Positions 45,849 to 55,312 of a stretch of 64,000 nucleotides of DNA are shown here, one piece after another. The number at the start of each line of letters is the position of its first letter. Position 1 is the first letter of the stretch. Origin of the DNA: an uncultured Methanosarcinales archaeon (GTDB lineage Archaea > Nanobdellota > Nanobdellia > Woesearchaeales > CAYVYK01); NCBI GenBank assembly GCA_964455675.1, contig CAYVYK010000007.1, positions 40,166 to 104,165 of the forward strand, written 5' to 3'. Below the pieces are notes generated by a model, which had not been told where the DNA came from, ran no database searches, and worked only from the letters and a program-made list of their open reading frames with translations. The position numbers and the translations under genes were made by a program.

Positions 45849-47123
45849 GTGTTCCGAGGAAGACGAGGCCAGGAAGGAACCAGTGGAAAGACAGCCAGCC
45901 TCATCGCCATCATACTCGCGTGTATTATCCTCTACATTCTCTTCCTTCCGCCGGACGAAAGGGAGGAGCTTCTCAAGGAGAACACGACGGATAGTGATGA
46001 TGACGATGACATTAGGTACAAGAGCGAGCAGATACTCCTGCGCGAATACATTGGATCTCTAGAATACTTCAACCAGAGGGTGTGCGACTATGATGACACA
46101 AATAGGTATTGCGAGCATCCCGTTCCGAATATCAATCTGTTTGAGACCAGGTCAGCAATCGAGCTAGGAAAAATGAACGCTGTTTATGTGAAAAGCGGAA
46201 CATTCGAGAAAGAACACAAAACCATGACATTTGCCATCGAGGACCTTGAGAAGACAAGCAACGTCCAACTCAGCTTTGTTGCAGAACAGCGGGAAGGCCG
46301 ACTCGTCATCAAGCTCAACGAAGAGGTAATATTCGAGAATGAGATTGACAAAAGCAATCCAGAACCTATTGCGCTACCGGATGACTTGCTCCAGACCACG
46401 AACAAGCTCGAATTTGCAGTATCAGGAGTTGGAGGAGCCTTCTGGGACACGAACGAATACCTGCTATCCAATCTCAAGGTCATAGGAGAAGTGCAAAACA
46501 ACGACCGCCAAACAGGAACGTACTCATTCTCCATAAATCCAACTGAAAATGAAAACCTCGAGCGTGCATGGCTTGAGTTCTACCCTGTCTGCAATCCACG
46601 AAACGTTGGAGTGCTCTACGGCTATGTGAATGGCAATCGCGTGTTTAGCGCAGTACCAGAGTGCGAAGTACGCAACAAGCAGGAGATCAGGATCGGATAC
46701 CTTGACTCAGGAAGCAACGACATCAGTTTCACGACAGAAAAAGGATCATACCTCATTGAAAAGATACAAGTCCTGACGGAGATTAAGGAAGTAGACAAGG
46801 CAACGTTCTACTTCGAACTAAACTCAACGGAATATGACAATGTACTCGACGGAGAGCGACAGGTCAATATCACATTCTTTTTTGTTCATGACGATGACTA
46901 TGTTGATGATATCGAATTCAAGCTCAACGTGAACGGCCACCTCGCATACATCGACAACAGGTATCTTGAAGGCCGCAGCCGAAACGGAGAGAGGATAACA
47001 CGAGGGTATTACTCACGAATCATCGATGAATGGGTAGAAGAAGGAAACAACTACATCCAAATCGAACCCAAAAGCACACTCGAGATCAAAGAAATGCGAG
47101 TCTCTATCTATGATGTCGATTAA
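45849..47123 (+). CDS. N-terminally membrane-anchored extracellular protein, hypothetical (operon gene 1)
   Basis: 424 aa. GTG start with SD aggtga. TM helix ASLIAIILACIILYILF, then acidic DSDDDDD linker and an about 380-aa extracellular domain. TATA tttatata at 45795-45802. Confidence 0.5.
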   Translation: MFRGRRGQEGTSGKTASLIAIILACIILYILFLPPDEREELLKENTTDSDDDDDIRYKSEQILLREYIGSLEYFNQRVCDYDDTNRYCEHPVPNINLFETRSAIELGKMNAVYVKSGTFEKEHKTMTFAIEDLEKTSNVQLSFVAEQREGRLVIKLNEEVIFENEIDKSNPEPIALPDDLLQTTNKLEFAVSGVGGAFWDTNEYLLSNLKVIGEVQNNDRQTGTYSFSINPTENENLERAWLEFYPVCNPRNVGVLYGYVNGNRVFSAVPECEVRNKQEIRIGYLDSGSNDISFTTEKGSYLIEKIQVLTEIKEVDKATFYFELNSTEYDNVLDGERQVNITFFFVHDDDYVDDIEFKLNVNGHLAYIDNRYLEGRSRNGERITRGYYSRIIDEWVEEGNNYIQIEPKSTLEIKEMRVSIYDVD

Positions 47124-47125
47124 CC

Positions 47126-49108
47126 ATGGCACGGGACAGCAGCGCGATTACGCCAAGACTCAGAAAAGAAGTAGATGAAAGACTTAGCAGAGCTCTTGGC
47201 AGACCAGCCCGTGAGGAAATAAACGTTGAAGTGCAGAGCCCAAAACCAGACCCGCGCGACGATGAATTACGGCGACGAGAAGCAGAAATCGCCAGACGAG
47301 AACAACAAATTCTTGATGAACAACGGAGGGTTCGGGACGACATCCGTGAAAGGGATATCGAAGCCAAGAGAACCCTCGATACGGCAGGCGATGCCCCACC
47401 AAAGAGAGGATTTTTAAGCAGAATTGGAGGCGCAGCAAATTGGACGGGAGGAGCGGCAAAGACCACCCTTCGAACAACCGTGAATGTCGCGCAAGGAACC
47501 ACGCAGGTCCTTTCTAAAAATTACACCGCACTCTTCATCGCGGCAATGCTTATCAACTTTGTCGACGGCCTCATGAACTATGGACGGCCGTACTGGAGAT
47601 TTTCCATGTACCTCCTCCTTGCCGTGCTCAGCTGGGCGTTTGTCATCAGGCATCCAGGGGACAATTTCAAGGGCCATCTCTTCACATTTGGTGAATCGCT
47701 TGTCATGGCAGCAGCAGCGTTCTTCTGGCCCCTCTTCTGGTTCCGGGTTGCAGGGTACACACCAATCGACATAGAAGTATTCCGCATACTCGTCAATATC
47801 TTCCCGTTCTATCTCATCTATATCTTCATGTCAAATGACCCGGATTGCAGAAAAAGCACATTCATCCGGATATTCAAATGGGTCTACTTCATCACAATCA
47901 TCCTCCTTATCGTCTCATTCTTCCCAGCACTCGCGGAAGCACGAACACTCCAAAACATCCCATTCCTCCATCCAGCCGAGAATGCTGATGTGTACGGCAC
48001 ATACTCACGATACATCAGCCTCGTCTCCAACGGATGGAACTGGATCAAGGGGACAACCAAAACAACCATCTCAGATATCGACAAGTTCTGGGAGTTACAG
48101 CAAAAAGCGGCACTTGGAGACCTCTATATAGGTGATGTTGACAATGAAGCTGACAAACCGCTGGGCGTCGTACTCAGGGATGTCAAGATGAGCCAGAAGA
48201 TATACACCACATTTGATGACGTGGAGATCCAAGGCCAAATAGACTCAATCAGCCTTGACAGAGATGTCGCGGTAATCATTGGCTGCATTGCAGACAAAGG
48301 CAGCAAGACGCCGATCGAAGCAGTAAGCTACCCCGCAGGAAAGGAACTCGAACTATCAAGAAGCGAAAGCGCAAGTGTCAACTGCATATTCCCCGCAGGA
48401 ACGCTCCCCAGCGGATCGCACAGACTCGCGATGACAAGCAGATTCGGATTCACAACATCAGCGTACATGCCAGCATACTTCATCGATAAAAACCGGGCAG
48501 ACGCCCTGCGCGAGGAAGGAGACAACATCTACAAGCAGCTTCGCATCACAGAACCACTTTCCGACAACAAGATATCAAACGGAGAGCCAAAAACCGTCAC
48601 TACGAGCGGACCTGTCAATATTGGCATGGGAATACCAAACGTGCTTACTGAAGTTGATATCCAGAAAGACCAGAAAGTGTTCAACCTCAAGATCACATTC
48701 ACCAACTCCTGGGGCGGAGGAGAATTCCCTGGAAAGATCAAGAATGTCCGAGAATGGTACATCCAAGTACCAAAGGAAATGGAGATCGCGGCGGACACGA
48801 CAGGAAACACGAAATGTTCGGGCAAGAAATTCATCGCCACAAGATGTCCATCGGGTGATAAGAGATGTGACGATGTGAATTACAAGACCTATAAGCTTGA
48901 CCCAAGTGTCAAACTCACAGAAATCGACTTTCTTGATAGTATTGCATGCACGATCGTCATTCATGGCAACAGCTTCAATGATCTTCTCGGCACAGGACCC
49001 CTCGCCGCAAAGCAGTTCCGCACATGGATGACGTACGATTATGAATACGAGCGCGGCAACCTGAACATCAACATCAAAAAGGAGGAAACAAACGATGCCG
49101 TCACGTAA
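47126..49108 (+). CDS. membrane protein with charged coiled-coil cytoplasmic N-terminus, about 5 TM helices and about 380-aa extracellular domain, hypothetical (operon gene 2)
   Basis: 660 aa. ATG 2 nt after the upstream stop. RRREAEIARREQQILDEQRRVRDDIRERD, then a hydrophobic cluster at aa 170-330. Confidence 0.5.
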   Translation: MARDSSAITPRLRKEVDERLSRALGRPAREEINVEVQSPKPDPRDDELRRREAEIARREQQILDEQRRVRDDIRERDIEAKRTLDTAGDAPPKRGFLSRIGGAANWTGGAAKTTLRTTVNVAQGTTQVLSKNYTALFIAAMLINFVDGLMNYGRPYWRFSMYLLLAVLSWAFVIRHPGDNFKGHLFTFGESLVMAAAAFFWPLFWFRVAGYTPIDIEVFRILVNIFPFYLIYIFMSNDPDCRKSTFIRIFKWVYFITIILLIVSFFPALAEARTLQNIPFLHPAENADVYGTYSRYISLVSNGWNWIKGTTKTTISDIDKFWELQQKAALGDLYIGDVDNEADKPLGVVLRDVKMSQKIYTTFDDVEIQGQIDSISLDRDVAVIIGCIADKGSKTPIEAVSYPAGKELELSRSESASVNCIFPAGTLPSGSHRLAMTSRFGFTTSAYMPAYFIDKNRADALREEGDNIYKQLRITEPLSDNKISNGEPKTVTTSGPVNIGMGIPNVLTEVDIQKDQKVFNLKITFTNSWGGGEFPGKIKNVREWYIQVPKEMEIAADTTGNTKCSGKKFIATRCPSGDKRCDDVNYKTYKLDPSVKLTEIDFLDSIACTIVIHGNSFNDLLGTGPLAAKQFRTWMTYDYEYERGNLNINIKKEETNDAVT

Positions 49109-50195
49109 CACCCAGCTTATCTTCCTCGTAGTACTCACAATTCTCAGCGGGTGCGGATCAACAACCCGCACCGTCTATGACGAGAGTGTCCATACGGGAA
49201 CGAAGGGGCTCGAGATGACGTTCCTTAAGAACTATCCAGCAAACAGAATCGATGAACAAAGCGTTTTTGACATCGCATTTGAAATGGAAAATGCAGGAGC
49301 GAGCGACATCGAGGATGGCATGATTCAAATCATCGTTGACCCTCCGCTCTCATTCATCGGATGGGATTGGGGATCACTCACGACACAAGGACAGGACCCC
49401 TCAACACCGTTCTATCTTGAAGGACGATCAAAAAGCAACCTTGTCGGGGACAGGGGAATCGTCACCGCTCGCCTTCGATCAGCCGCGCTACCGCTGAATA
49501 CACAAATCATGCACCCAAAAATATTCATCAATACATGCTACGCATACGAAAGCATATTCAGCAAAGAAGTCTGCATTGACCCAAATCCCCTCCCAGGATC
49601 GATCGGAGAGGAGACATGCACGGTAAAAGATGTAACCAGTTCAGGACAGGGAGGGCCTGTAGGCGTGAGCAAGGTTGAAGTCCTCCTCTTTGATCCGAAC
49701 AACGGCGACCGGTTTTTAGGATACAGTGGTGAAAGCGACAGGTATACTGACGTCGGAACAGAGCTCGTACAGCCAGAGTTTAGGATCTACATCAAGAACT
49801 TCGATGACGGTAACGTCATCAACGCACAGCATGTAAGCCTTGCATGCGGCGAAGGAAGCGAAGGAATCGAGTTCAACAAGGTTGACGTTCAAGCATTCAT
49901 CTTTGACAATGAACTAGAATGCAGCGAGCCAACCGTCTACCTCTCGCGCGACGACAACAGCTATCTCTCATGCTGGCCGCGCGATGGCGTCAGGAGAAAA
50001 CAAAGCAGTTACTACGCCCCCCTCGTCGTCAAGATGCAGTATGGATACGTTGACTACATCTCAAAAAGCGTTGATGTACACAGAAAGTTCTACGAAGATG
50101 AAGATGATGAACCAATACGGCCAGTCGGTGAAGCAGACTACCATCCAGAGCCAACCATAAATGATCCAACATGGAATGTGGACAGCAACATTTAA
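49095..50195 (+). CDS. putative lipoprotein, paralog A (operon gene 3)
   Basis: 366 aa. SD aggagg. Signal plus lipobox-like LSGC. Shared motifs with the next two genes (GTKGLEMTFLKNYPA, CYAYESIFSKEVCIDPNPLPG, PLVVKMQYGYVDYISKSV). Confidence 0.55.
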   Translation: MPSRNTQLIFLVVLTILSGCGSTTRTVYDESVHTGTKGLEMTFLKNYPANRIDEQSVFDIAFEMENAGASDIEDGMIQIIVDPPLSFIGWDWGSLTTQGQDPSTPFYLEGRSKSNLVGDRGIVTARLRSAALPLNTQIMHPKIFINTCYAYESIFSKEVCIDPNPLPGSIGEETCTVKDVTSSGQGGPVGVSKVEVLLFDPNNGDRFLGYSGESDRYTDVGTELVQPEFRIYIKNFDDGNVINAQHVSLACGEGSEGIEFNKVDVQAFIFDNELECSEPTVYLSRDDNSYLSCWPRDGVRRKQSSYYAPLVVKMQYGYVDYISKSVDVHRKFYEDEDDEPIRPVGEADYHPEPTINDPTWNVDSNI

Positions 50196-50220
50196 TAACT
50201 TTGAAACGAAGGTGAAAACC

Positions 50221-51219
50221 ATGAAGCCAAAACTTACGGTGGTATTCATTCTTATGCTTCTTGGCATAATGGCCTGTACCTCGACAACGAGACCAACACA
50301 GGACCAGGAACGCTTTCGGATCGGAACTGAAGGACTTCATATCGAATTCCTCCAGAACACTCCTGCCGCAAAAATATATGACGACCAGGAACTGAATGTC
50401 CTCATCCAGATACAGAACAAAGGAGCATCAGATCTCGACGGGACTGCGAACAGGATATACCTCGACGGATTCAGCACTGACGTCATCACGGGAACCCCGA
50501 TCAGCGGCAAGCAGATCGGACGACTCGAAGGAAAAGACAGGTACAACCTCGATGGAGATCTCACAATCATTGATTTTCAAGGAAATATCCGCAACCTTGG
50601 CTCACGAGGAATTGACAGGCTCCCGCAAACGATTAAAGCGACTGTCTGCTATGGGTATGAGACCATCGCAAGTATCCCAGTCTGCATCGATCCTAACCCC
50701 TTCTCAACACGCAGCGAAGAAATCGTATGTACGGGAGGAAGAGGAACGTTCTCCTCAGGAACCGGCGCTGGCATCGGGAGCACGAATCTTGCCGGAGGGC
50801 AGGGAGCGCCTGTTGCAGTAACAGACGTACAGACAGAATCTCTCCCTGGACGAACAAAGTTCCGCATCACAATCAAAAATACCGGAGGACAGAACGGCAA
50901 GGGCGTTGCATTTCGCGATGGATTCGCGTACCTTGACCGATGCAATCCTTACGACCCGACCGGCCTCGATGCATTCAGAGACGCGGGATACGTATACCTT
51001 GAAGATGTTGACATCGATGGCATGTCCATTGCGGGAAGCTGCACACCTATGAAGCCAGATGGCCACATCCAGCTTTTCAGCAACCAAGCGATTATCTTCT
51101 GTGAGTACAGCAACATGCCACAATCAAACCCGTATGTCACACCACTCACGATCAAGCTTCGGTACGGATACCGAGACTCCATTGTGAAGCAAGTCACGCT
51201 CCTCTCCCTACCTGACTAG
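50221..51219 (+). CDS. putative lipoprotein, paralog B (operon gene 4)
   Basis: Start at ATG 50221 (MKPKLTVVFILMLLGIMAC) with SD aaggtga; the track start 50161 overlaps the upstream gene. Motifs GTEGLHIEFLQNTPA, CYGYETIASIPVCIDPNPFS, PLTIKLRYGYRDSIVKQV. Confidence 0.55.
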   Translation: MKPKLTVVFILMLLGIMACTSTTRPTQDQERFRIGTEGLHIEFLQNTPAAKIYDDQELNVLIQIQNKGASDLDGTANRIYLDGFSTDVITGTPISGKQIGRLEGKDRYNLDGDLTIIDFQGNIRNLGSRGIDRLPQTIKATVCYGYETIASIPVCIDPNPFSTRSEEIVCTGGRGTFSSGTGAGIGSTNLAGGQGAPVAVTDVQTESLPGRTKFRITIKNTGGQNGKGVAFRDGFAYLDRCNPYDPTGLDAFRDAGYVYLEDVDIDGMSIAGSCTPMKPDGHIQLFSNQAIIFCEYSNMPQSNPYVTPLTIKLRYGYRDSIVKQVTLLSLPD

Positions 51220-51354
51220 GAATACGGCCTAGAAGACTTGTATTCTCACCAACAAATGGCATGAAGCACGCCTCATTTCCAAAAAGTTTAAATAAGTAGC
51301 CTACTCGGGGGTGAGGTATATCAGTATATATATTCATTGCACGGAGGAATCATC

Positions 51355-52281
51355 ATGAAGAGGATTGCATTGCTCTTATTACTCGTTCTTATGGCAGCGT
51401 GCGCTGGCGAACAGCAGACACCCATCGGAGCGAACCCCTACGTTGGAGGCGATATCGGCATCGAGGCAGAGTTTGAGCCATTCGGTGTCAGAGACCAAGA
51501 CAGCAGCCTCTATGAAATTTTTGAAGGAGAGGCGTTCCCCATTGAAATCACCCTTAAGAACAAGGGAGAATTCAAGATAGAACCGGGTATGGTAACTGCC
51601 ACGCTCAAAGGAATCAATATTCAGGACTTTGCAAATATTGCGCAGGACGGCATCCTCCAGAACACCGAAAGCATTGATGAAGTCACGGAACACAACCTTG
51701 ATGGAGGAGAATCAACCCTTGATTTCACGTCAGCAGCAGAAGACGCAAAATATCTCATTCCAATCAGCGGAAGCTCAATGGACGTCAGTGTGTATGGTGA
51801 AGTGGTATTTGAATACAAGACATACGCCATCGTCCCACAAGTCTGCTACAAGCAGGATCTCAAGGATGAACGAATCTGCGACCCTGAAGAAACAAAGACC
51901 GTGTACTCCTCATCAGGACCAATCCAAGTACGTGTCGCAGAAGAAAAACTTGCAGGGCATAACAAAATTGCTATGGAATTCCAAATTGAAGATATGCATC
52001 ACAAGGATGATTACACGACTGTCGCAAAACCCACCGAGGAGTTTGATAGCCGGTTTGACCAGCTCTCATTCACCGTGGAGCCAGCCGCGGACTGGGAATG
52101 CAAGAGCAGCGGAAAAGTTAACGAAGCAAGGCTTGACGATTCCGGAAAGGCAACCATCAGATGCGTCCTCAAGAACGAACTCGAGGATGGAACACTCTTC
52201 ACACGACAGATGGACCTTATCCTGCACTACAAATACCGTGACTTGATCAAAGAAGTGGTGCGCATCAACTCAGAGGATTAG
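51355..52281 (+). CDS. putative lipoprotein, paralog C (operon gene 5)
   Basis: Start ATG 51355 (MKRIALLLLLVLMAAC) with SD ggagga. Motifs VCYKQDLKDERICDPEE and LILHYKYRDLIKEVVRIN parallel paralogs A and B. Confidence 0.5.
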   Translation: MKRIALLLLLVLMAACAGEQQTPIGANPYVGGDIGIEAEFEPFGVRDQDSSLYEIFEGEAFPIEITLKNKGEFKIEPGMVTATLKGINIQDFANIAQDGILQNTESIDEVTEHNLDGGESTLDFTSAAEDAKYLIPISGSSMDVSVYGEVVFEYKTYAIVPQVCYKQDLKDERICDPEETKTVYSSSGPIQVRVAEEKLAGHNKIAMEFQIEDMHHKDDYTTVAKPTEEFDSRFDQLSFTVEPAADWECKSSGKVNEARLDDSGKATIRCVLKNELEDGTLFTRQMDLILHYKYRDLIKEVVRINSED

Positions 52282-52304
52282 CGCTTCTAATATTTTTCTC
52301 TTTT

Positions 52305-53267
52305 TTACTTTTCGTGAGCAGCTAGAACTACGCTTGCGAGTAGGGTCTCAAGCTGAAGGTACTCGTCGCTCCCTTCCGTCATGCGAAACTCTATCTCACC
52401 GCAGCGCTCGATGAGCTGCATCTTCTTCCGGTTATCGATCTCAAGATTTAGGATCTCACGGTATAACTGCTTGATCATGTCAAGACCCGAAAGACCATTA
52501 TTCAGCATAACCTCAAGGAGCTTCTTCCTTGCGTCCACAAACTTACCCTTAACACACAACGCCAAGATATCAGCAACCTCCTTGGGCTTTGCAAAAGAGA
52601 TTGTGGAAAAGACTTCCTTCTCAGAAATCTTGCCATTCGCCGTCGAAGCAACAGACTGGAGCACGTTTTCCATGCGCCGCACGTCACCACCAGAGACTTC
52701 AAAGAGCGCGTCCCTTGCGGCTCCGTCAAGATGAAGACCCTCATCCTTCGCGATACGGTCTACGAGCACAAGCATATCATCCTTTTGCAGAGGCTTGAAA
52801 TGAAAGATGGCGCACCTTGACTGAATAGGATCAATGATCTTTGATGAATAATTGCAGCTTAGAATGAAGCGGCATGATGTAGCATAATTCTCCATTGTGC
52901 GACGCAAGGCCTGCTGGGCTTCCCTCGTCAGTGCATCGCACTCATCAAGGTAGATAATCTTGAATGGCACATCACCCATTGCCATGGTCCTTGCAAAATC
53001 CTTGACCTTCACTCGAACAACATCAATACCTCGTTCATCACTTGCGTTCAGCTCAAGAAAATTCTGCCGCCAGGATTCGCCAAACAACTGCTTTGCAACA
53101 ACAAGAGCAAGAGTAGTCTTACCAATACCAGCGGGACCTGCAAAGAGAAGGTGAGGGATATTCTTTTTTTCCACAAAAGATTTTACCCGATCAACAATGT
53201 CCTTCTGACCGGCCACATCCGAAAACGTTTTCGGACGGTATTTTTCAGTCCAGATCTCGCTCGTCAT
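52305..53267 (-). CDS. rfcS: replication factor C small subunit
   Basis: 320 aa. WTEKYRP, Walker A GPAGIGKTT, DEADAL-type Walker B (LDECDAL), SRC motif (SRCAIF). No intein. Confidence 0.9.
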   Translation of the reverse strand: MTSEIWTEKYRPKTFSDVAGQKDIVDRVKSFVEKKNIPHLLFAGPAGIGKTTLALVVAKQLFGESWRQNFLELNASDERGIDVVRVKVKDFARTMAMGDVPFKIIYLDECDALTREAQQALRRTMENYATSCRFILSCNYSSKIIDPIQSRCAIFHFKPLQKDDMLVLVDRIAKDEGLHLDGAARDALFEVSGGDVRRMENVLQSVASTANGKISEKEVFSTISFAKPKEVADILALCVKGKFVDARKKLLEVMLNNGLSGLDMIKQLYREILNLEIDNRKKMQLIERCGEIEFRMTEGSDEYLQLETLLASVVLAAHEK

Positions 53268-53334
53268 GATTCCTGTGGGGTGCTGGACAGTATAAATTAC
53301 TTACGATTCAGACGCAGAGAATACACAATCGTTC

Positions 53335-53598
53335 TCAGATGATGTCTTCTTCACTAATGACAACGAAGTCGCCAACAGCCATCACAGCGCTGAATGGCAC
53401 GAGCAAGCGGCCTTCCTTGTTCTTCTCAAGCTCAAGCTTGTCTGTGTACACGGTCGGATTATGAAGCACAATATGGATGAGCTCGCCACTGCGCGTCTCA
53501 AACACAATGTCACCAACCTCACCGAAGCGCTTGCCGCTCTTAGAAACAACTGTCTTACCGATGATCTGCTTGGAAAACTTTTTTTCATCTTCGGGCAT
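53335..53598 (-). CDS. PRC-barrel domain protein
   Basis: 87 aa. Typical archaeal stand-alone PRC barrel (GKTVVSKSGKRFGEVGDIVFE...GDFVVISEE). Confidence 0.6.
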   Translation of the reverse strand: MPEDEKKFSKQIIGKTVVSKSGKRFGEVGDIVFETRSGELIHIVLHNPTVYTDKLELEKNKEGRLLVPFSAVMAVGDFVVISEEDII

Positions 53599-53774
53599 GA
53601 TTTCCCCCCTTCGTGAGCAACTGATAAGGCTAAATTATAACTCTTCTTGAGTAAACACAGTGGATCACCAAAATGGCCATGAGTATTTAAAGTTTTCTCC
53701 CTGCGAAATTTACGAAGTAGAAGCCTGCAAAAGCTCAAAAACCTTTTATACTAGCAATTTCAAAGGAAACACAG

Positions 53775-54551
53775 GTGAACTCTATGACCTATCTCGAAAA
53801 AGCAGTCCAGCCAAAGCATGTTGCCAACCTCAAACTCATCCCCACTGGAATTCCGGGGCTTGACGAAATATTCAACGGAGGCATAAGGGAGCGAAGCAAA
53901 GTCCTTGTCACAGGAGGCCCAGGAAGCGGAAAAACGGTCCTTTGCATCCAATTCCTCTATGAGGGGGCAAAACGAGGAGAAGCTGGAGTGTACATCACGG
54001 TCGAAGAGGATCCGGACCAGCTTCGCTTGAACGCTCGAGAGCTCGGCATGGACATCGAGAAATTCGAAAAGAATGGCCTCATCACCATCATAAAACAGAA
54101 TATCACCGGAAGAAAGCTCATCGCCATTGGAGCACCAATGGGCCTTATCCGGAAAAATAATGTAAAACGAGTCGTCCTTGACAGCCTCACGCTCTTTAAG
54201 TATATGCTGTTCAATTCCGAGACTGACTTTAGGAGAGAACTCATCGGATTCCTTGACAGCCTGAAAGACATAACGGTGCTCGCAACCTCGGAACGATCCC
54301 TGCCAAGCCTTGACAACATCAACTGGATGGCAGAAGACTTCCTGTTTGAGGGAGTGGTCATCCTTACCAAGATTCGCAAAGAACAGAACTATGAACGTAC
54401 CATCGTGATCTCCAAAATGCGCGGGCAGGACCACAAGCTTGACGTATTCCCATTCACGATCGAAAATGGAGGCATCAAAGTCTTCAGCAAGGAGGTACCA
54501 TTCTCACTCATTGAACAGGACATACGAGCACAACGCCGAGGAGGATCATGA
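53775..54551 (+). CDS. KaiC-like/RecA-superfamily single-domain ATPase
   Basis: 258 aa. GTG start 23 nt after TATA ttttatac (53745-53752); alternative ATG at 53784. GIPGLDEIFNGGI, Walker A TGGPGSGKT, Walker B VVLDSLT. Confidence 0.8.
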   Translation: MNSMTYLEKAVQPKHVANLKLIPTGIPGLDEIFNGGIRERSKVLVTGGPGSGKTVLCIQFLYEGAKRGEAGVYITVEEDPDQLRLNARELGMDIEKFEKNGLITIIKQNITGRKLIAIGAPMGLIRKNNVKRVVLDSLTLFKYMLFNSETDFRRELIGFLDSLKDITVLATSERSLPSLDNINWMAEDFLFEGVVILTKIRKEQNYERTIVISKMRGQDHKLDVFPFTIENGGIKVFSKEVPFSLIEQDIRAQRRGGS

Positions 54552-55237
54552 GTCGAGTAAAGACAGGCATCAACAATCTCGACCCTCTCGTGAGCGGGGG
54601 GTTCAAGAAAAACAGCGTGAACCTCATTGTTGGGATGCCCGGCTCAGGAAAGAGTATATTCGCCGCGCAGTTCGCGTGGGAAGGTATCCAAAGCGGCGAG
54701 GGGGCTATCTTCATCTCCTTTGAGGAGAAGAAAAAGAAGTTCTACGATGACATGAACTCATTCGGCTGGGACTTTGAGGAGGCTGAGAAAAAGAAGAAGT
54801 TCACGATGCTCGAATACACTCCAGAACAGGTGAAGAAGATGCTTACAGAAGGAGGAGGCATCGTTGAATCAATCATCGAAAAAACAAAAGCGAAACGCGT
54901 AATCATCGACAGCATCACCTCGTTCACCTTACTTTATGAGGACGAACTTACGCGAAGGGAAGCGAGCCTTGCGCTCTTTGAGCTCATCGATAGCTGGGAC
55001 ACAACTGCACTACTGACTAGCCAGGGAGCGGGGGAATCATCAGATATCGTGGAGGCAGCGATGGAGTTTGAAGCAGACAGCATCATCTTCCTTCACCACG
55101 TACGAAGAAAATCAGAACGAGTGAGAGCACTCGAAATTCTCAAAATGCGCGGCACGGAAATACCGGAGAAAGTCTTTGATCTCAAGATCGACAAGCACGG
55201 GATTACGGTCGATCCCCACAAGTTCGTAGAGCTCTAA
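54548..55237 (+). CDS. KaiC-like/RecA-superfamily single-domain ATPase (second paralog)
   Basis: 229 aa. ATGA overlap with the upstream gene. INNLDPLVSGGF, Walker A GMPGSGKS, Walker B VIIDSIT. Internal EEKKKKF repeats. Confidence 0.8.
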   Translation: MSRVKTGINNLDPLVSGGFKKNSVNLIVGMPGSGKSIFAAQFAWEGIQSGEGAIFISFEEKKKKFYDDMNSFGWDFEEAEKKKKFTMLEYTPEQVKKMLTEGGGIVESIIEKTKAKRVIIDSITSFTLLYEDELTRREASLALFELIDSWDTTALLTSQGAGESSDIVEAAMEFEADSIIFLHHVRRKSERVRALEILKMRGTEIPEKVFDLKIDKHGITVDPHKFVEL

Positions 55238-55312
55238 CGTCTCCACACCTGATTCTCAGTATCAAAGCCAGGAAGTTTTAAATAGCGTTTTACCTGATTT
55301 TATCGAAAAGAG

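Noticed and set aside
44654-45913. 419-aa version of pelota with a 69-aa N-terminal extension
   Set aside because: The extension (MMAMRLAVFPLVPSW...CCCCKVL) is low-complexity and runs through the divergent promoter; Pelota homology starts at MQLISENFKKGEV.
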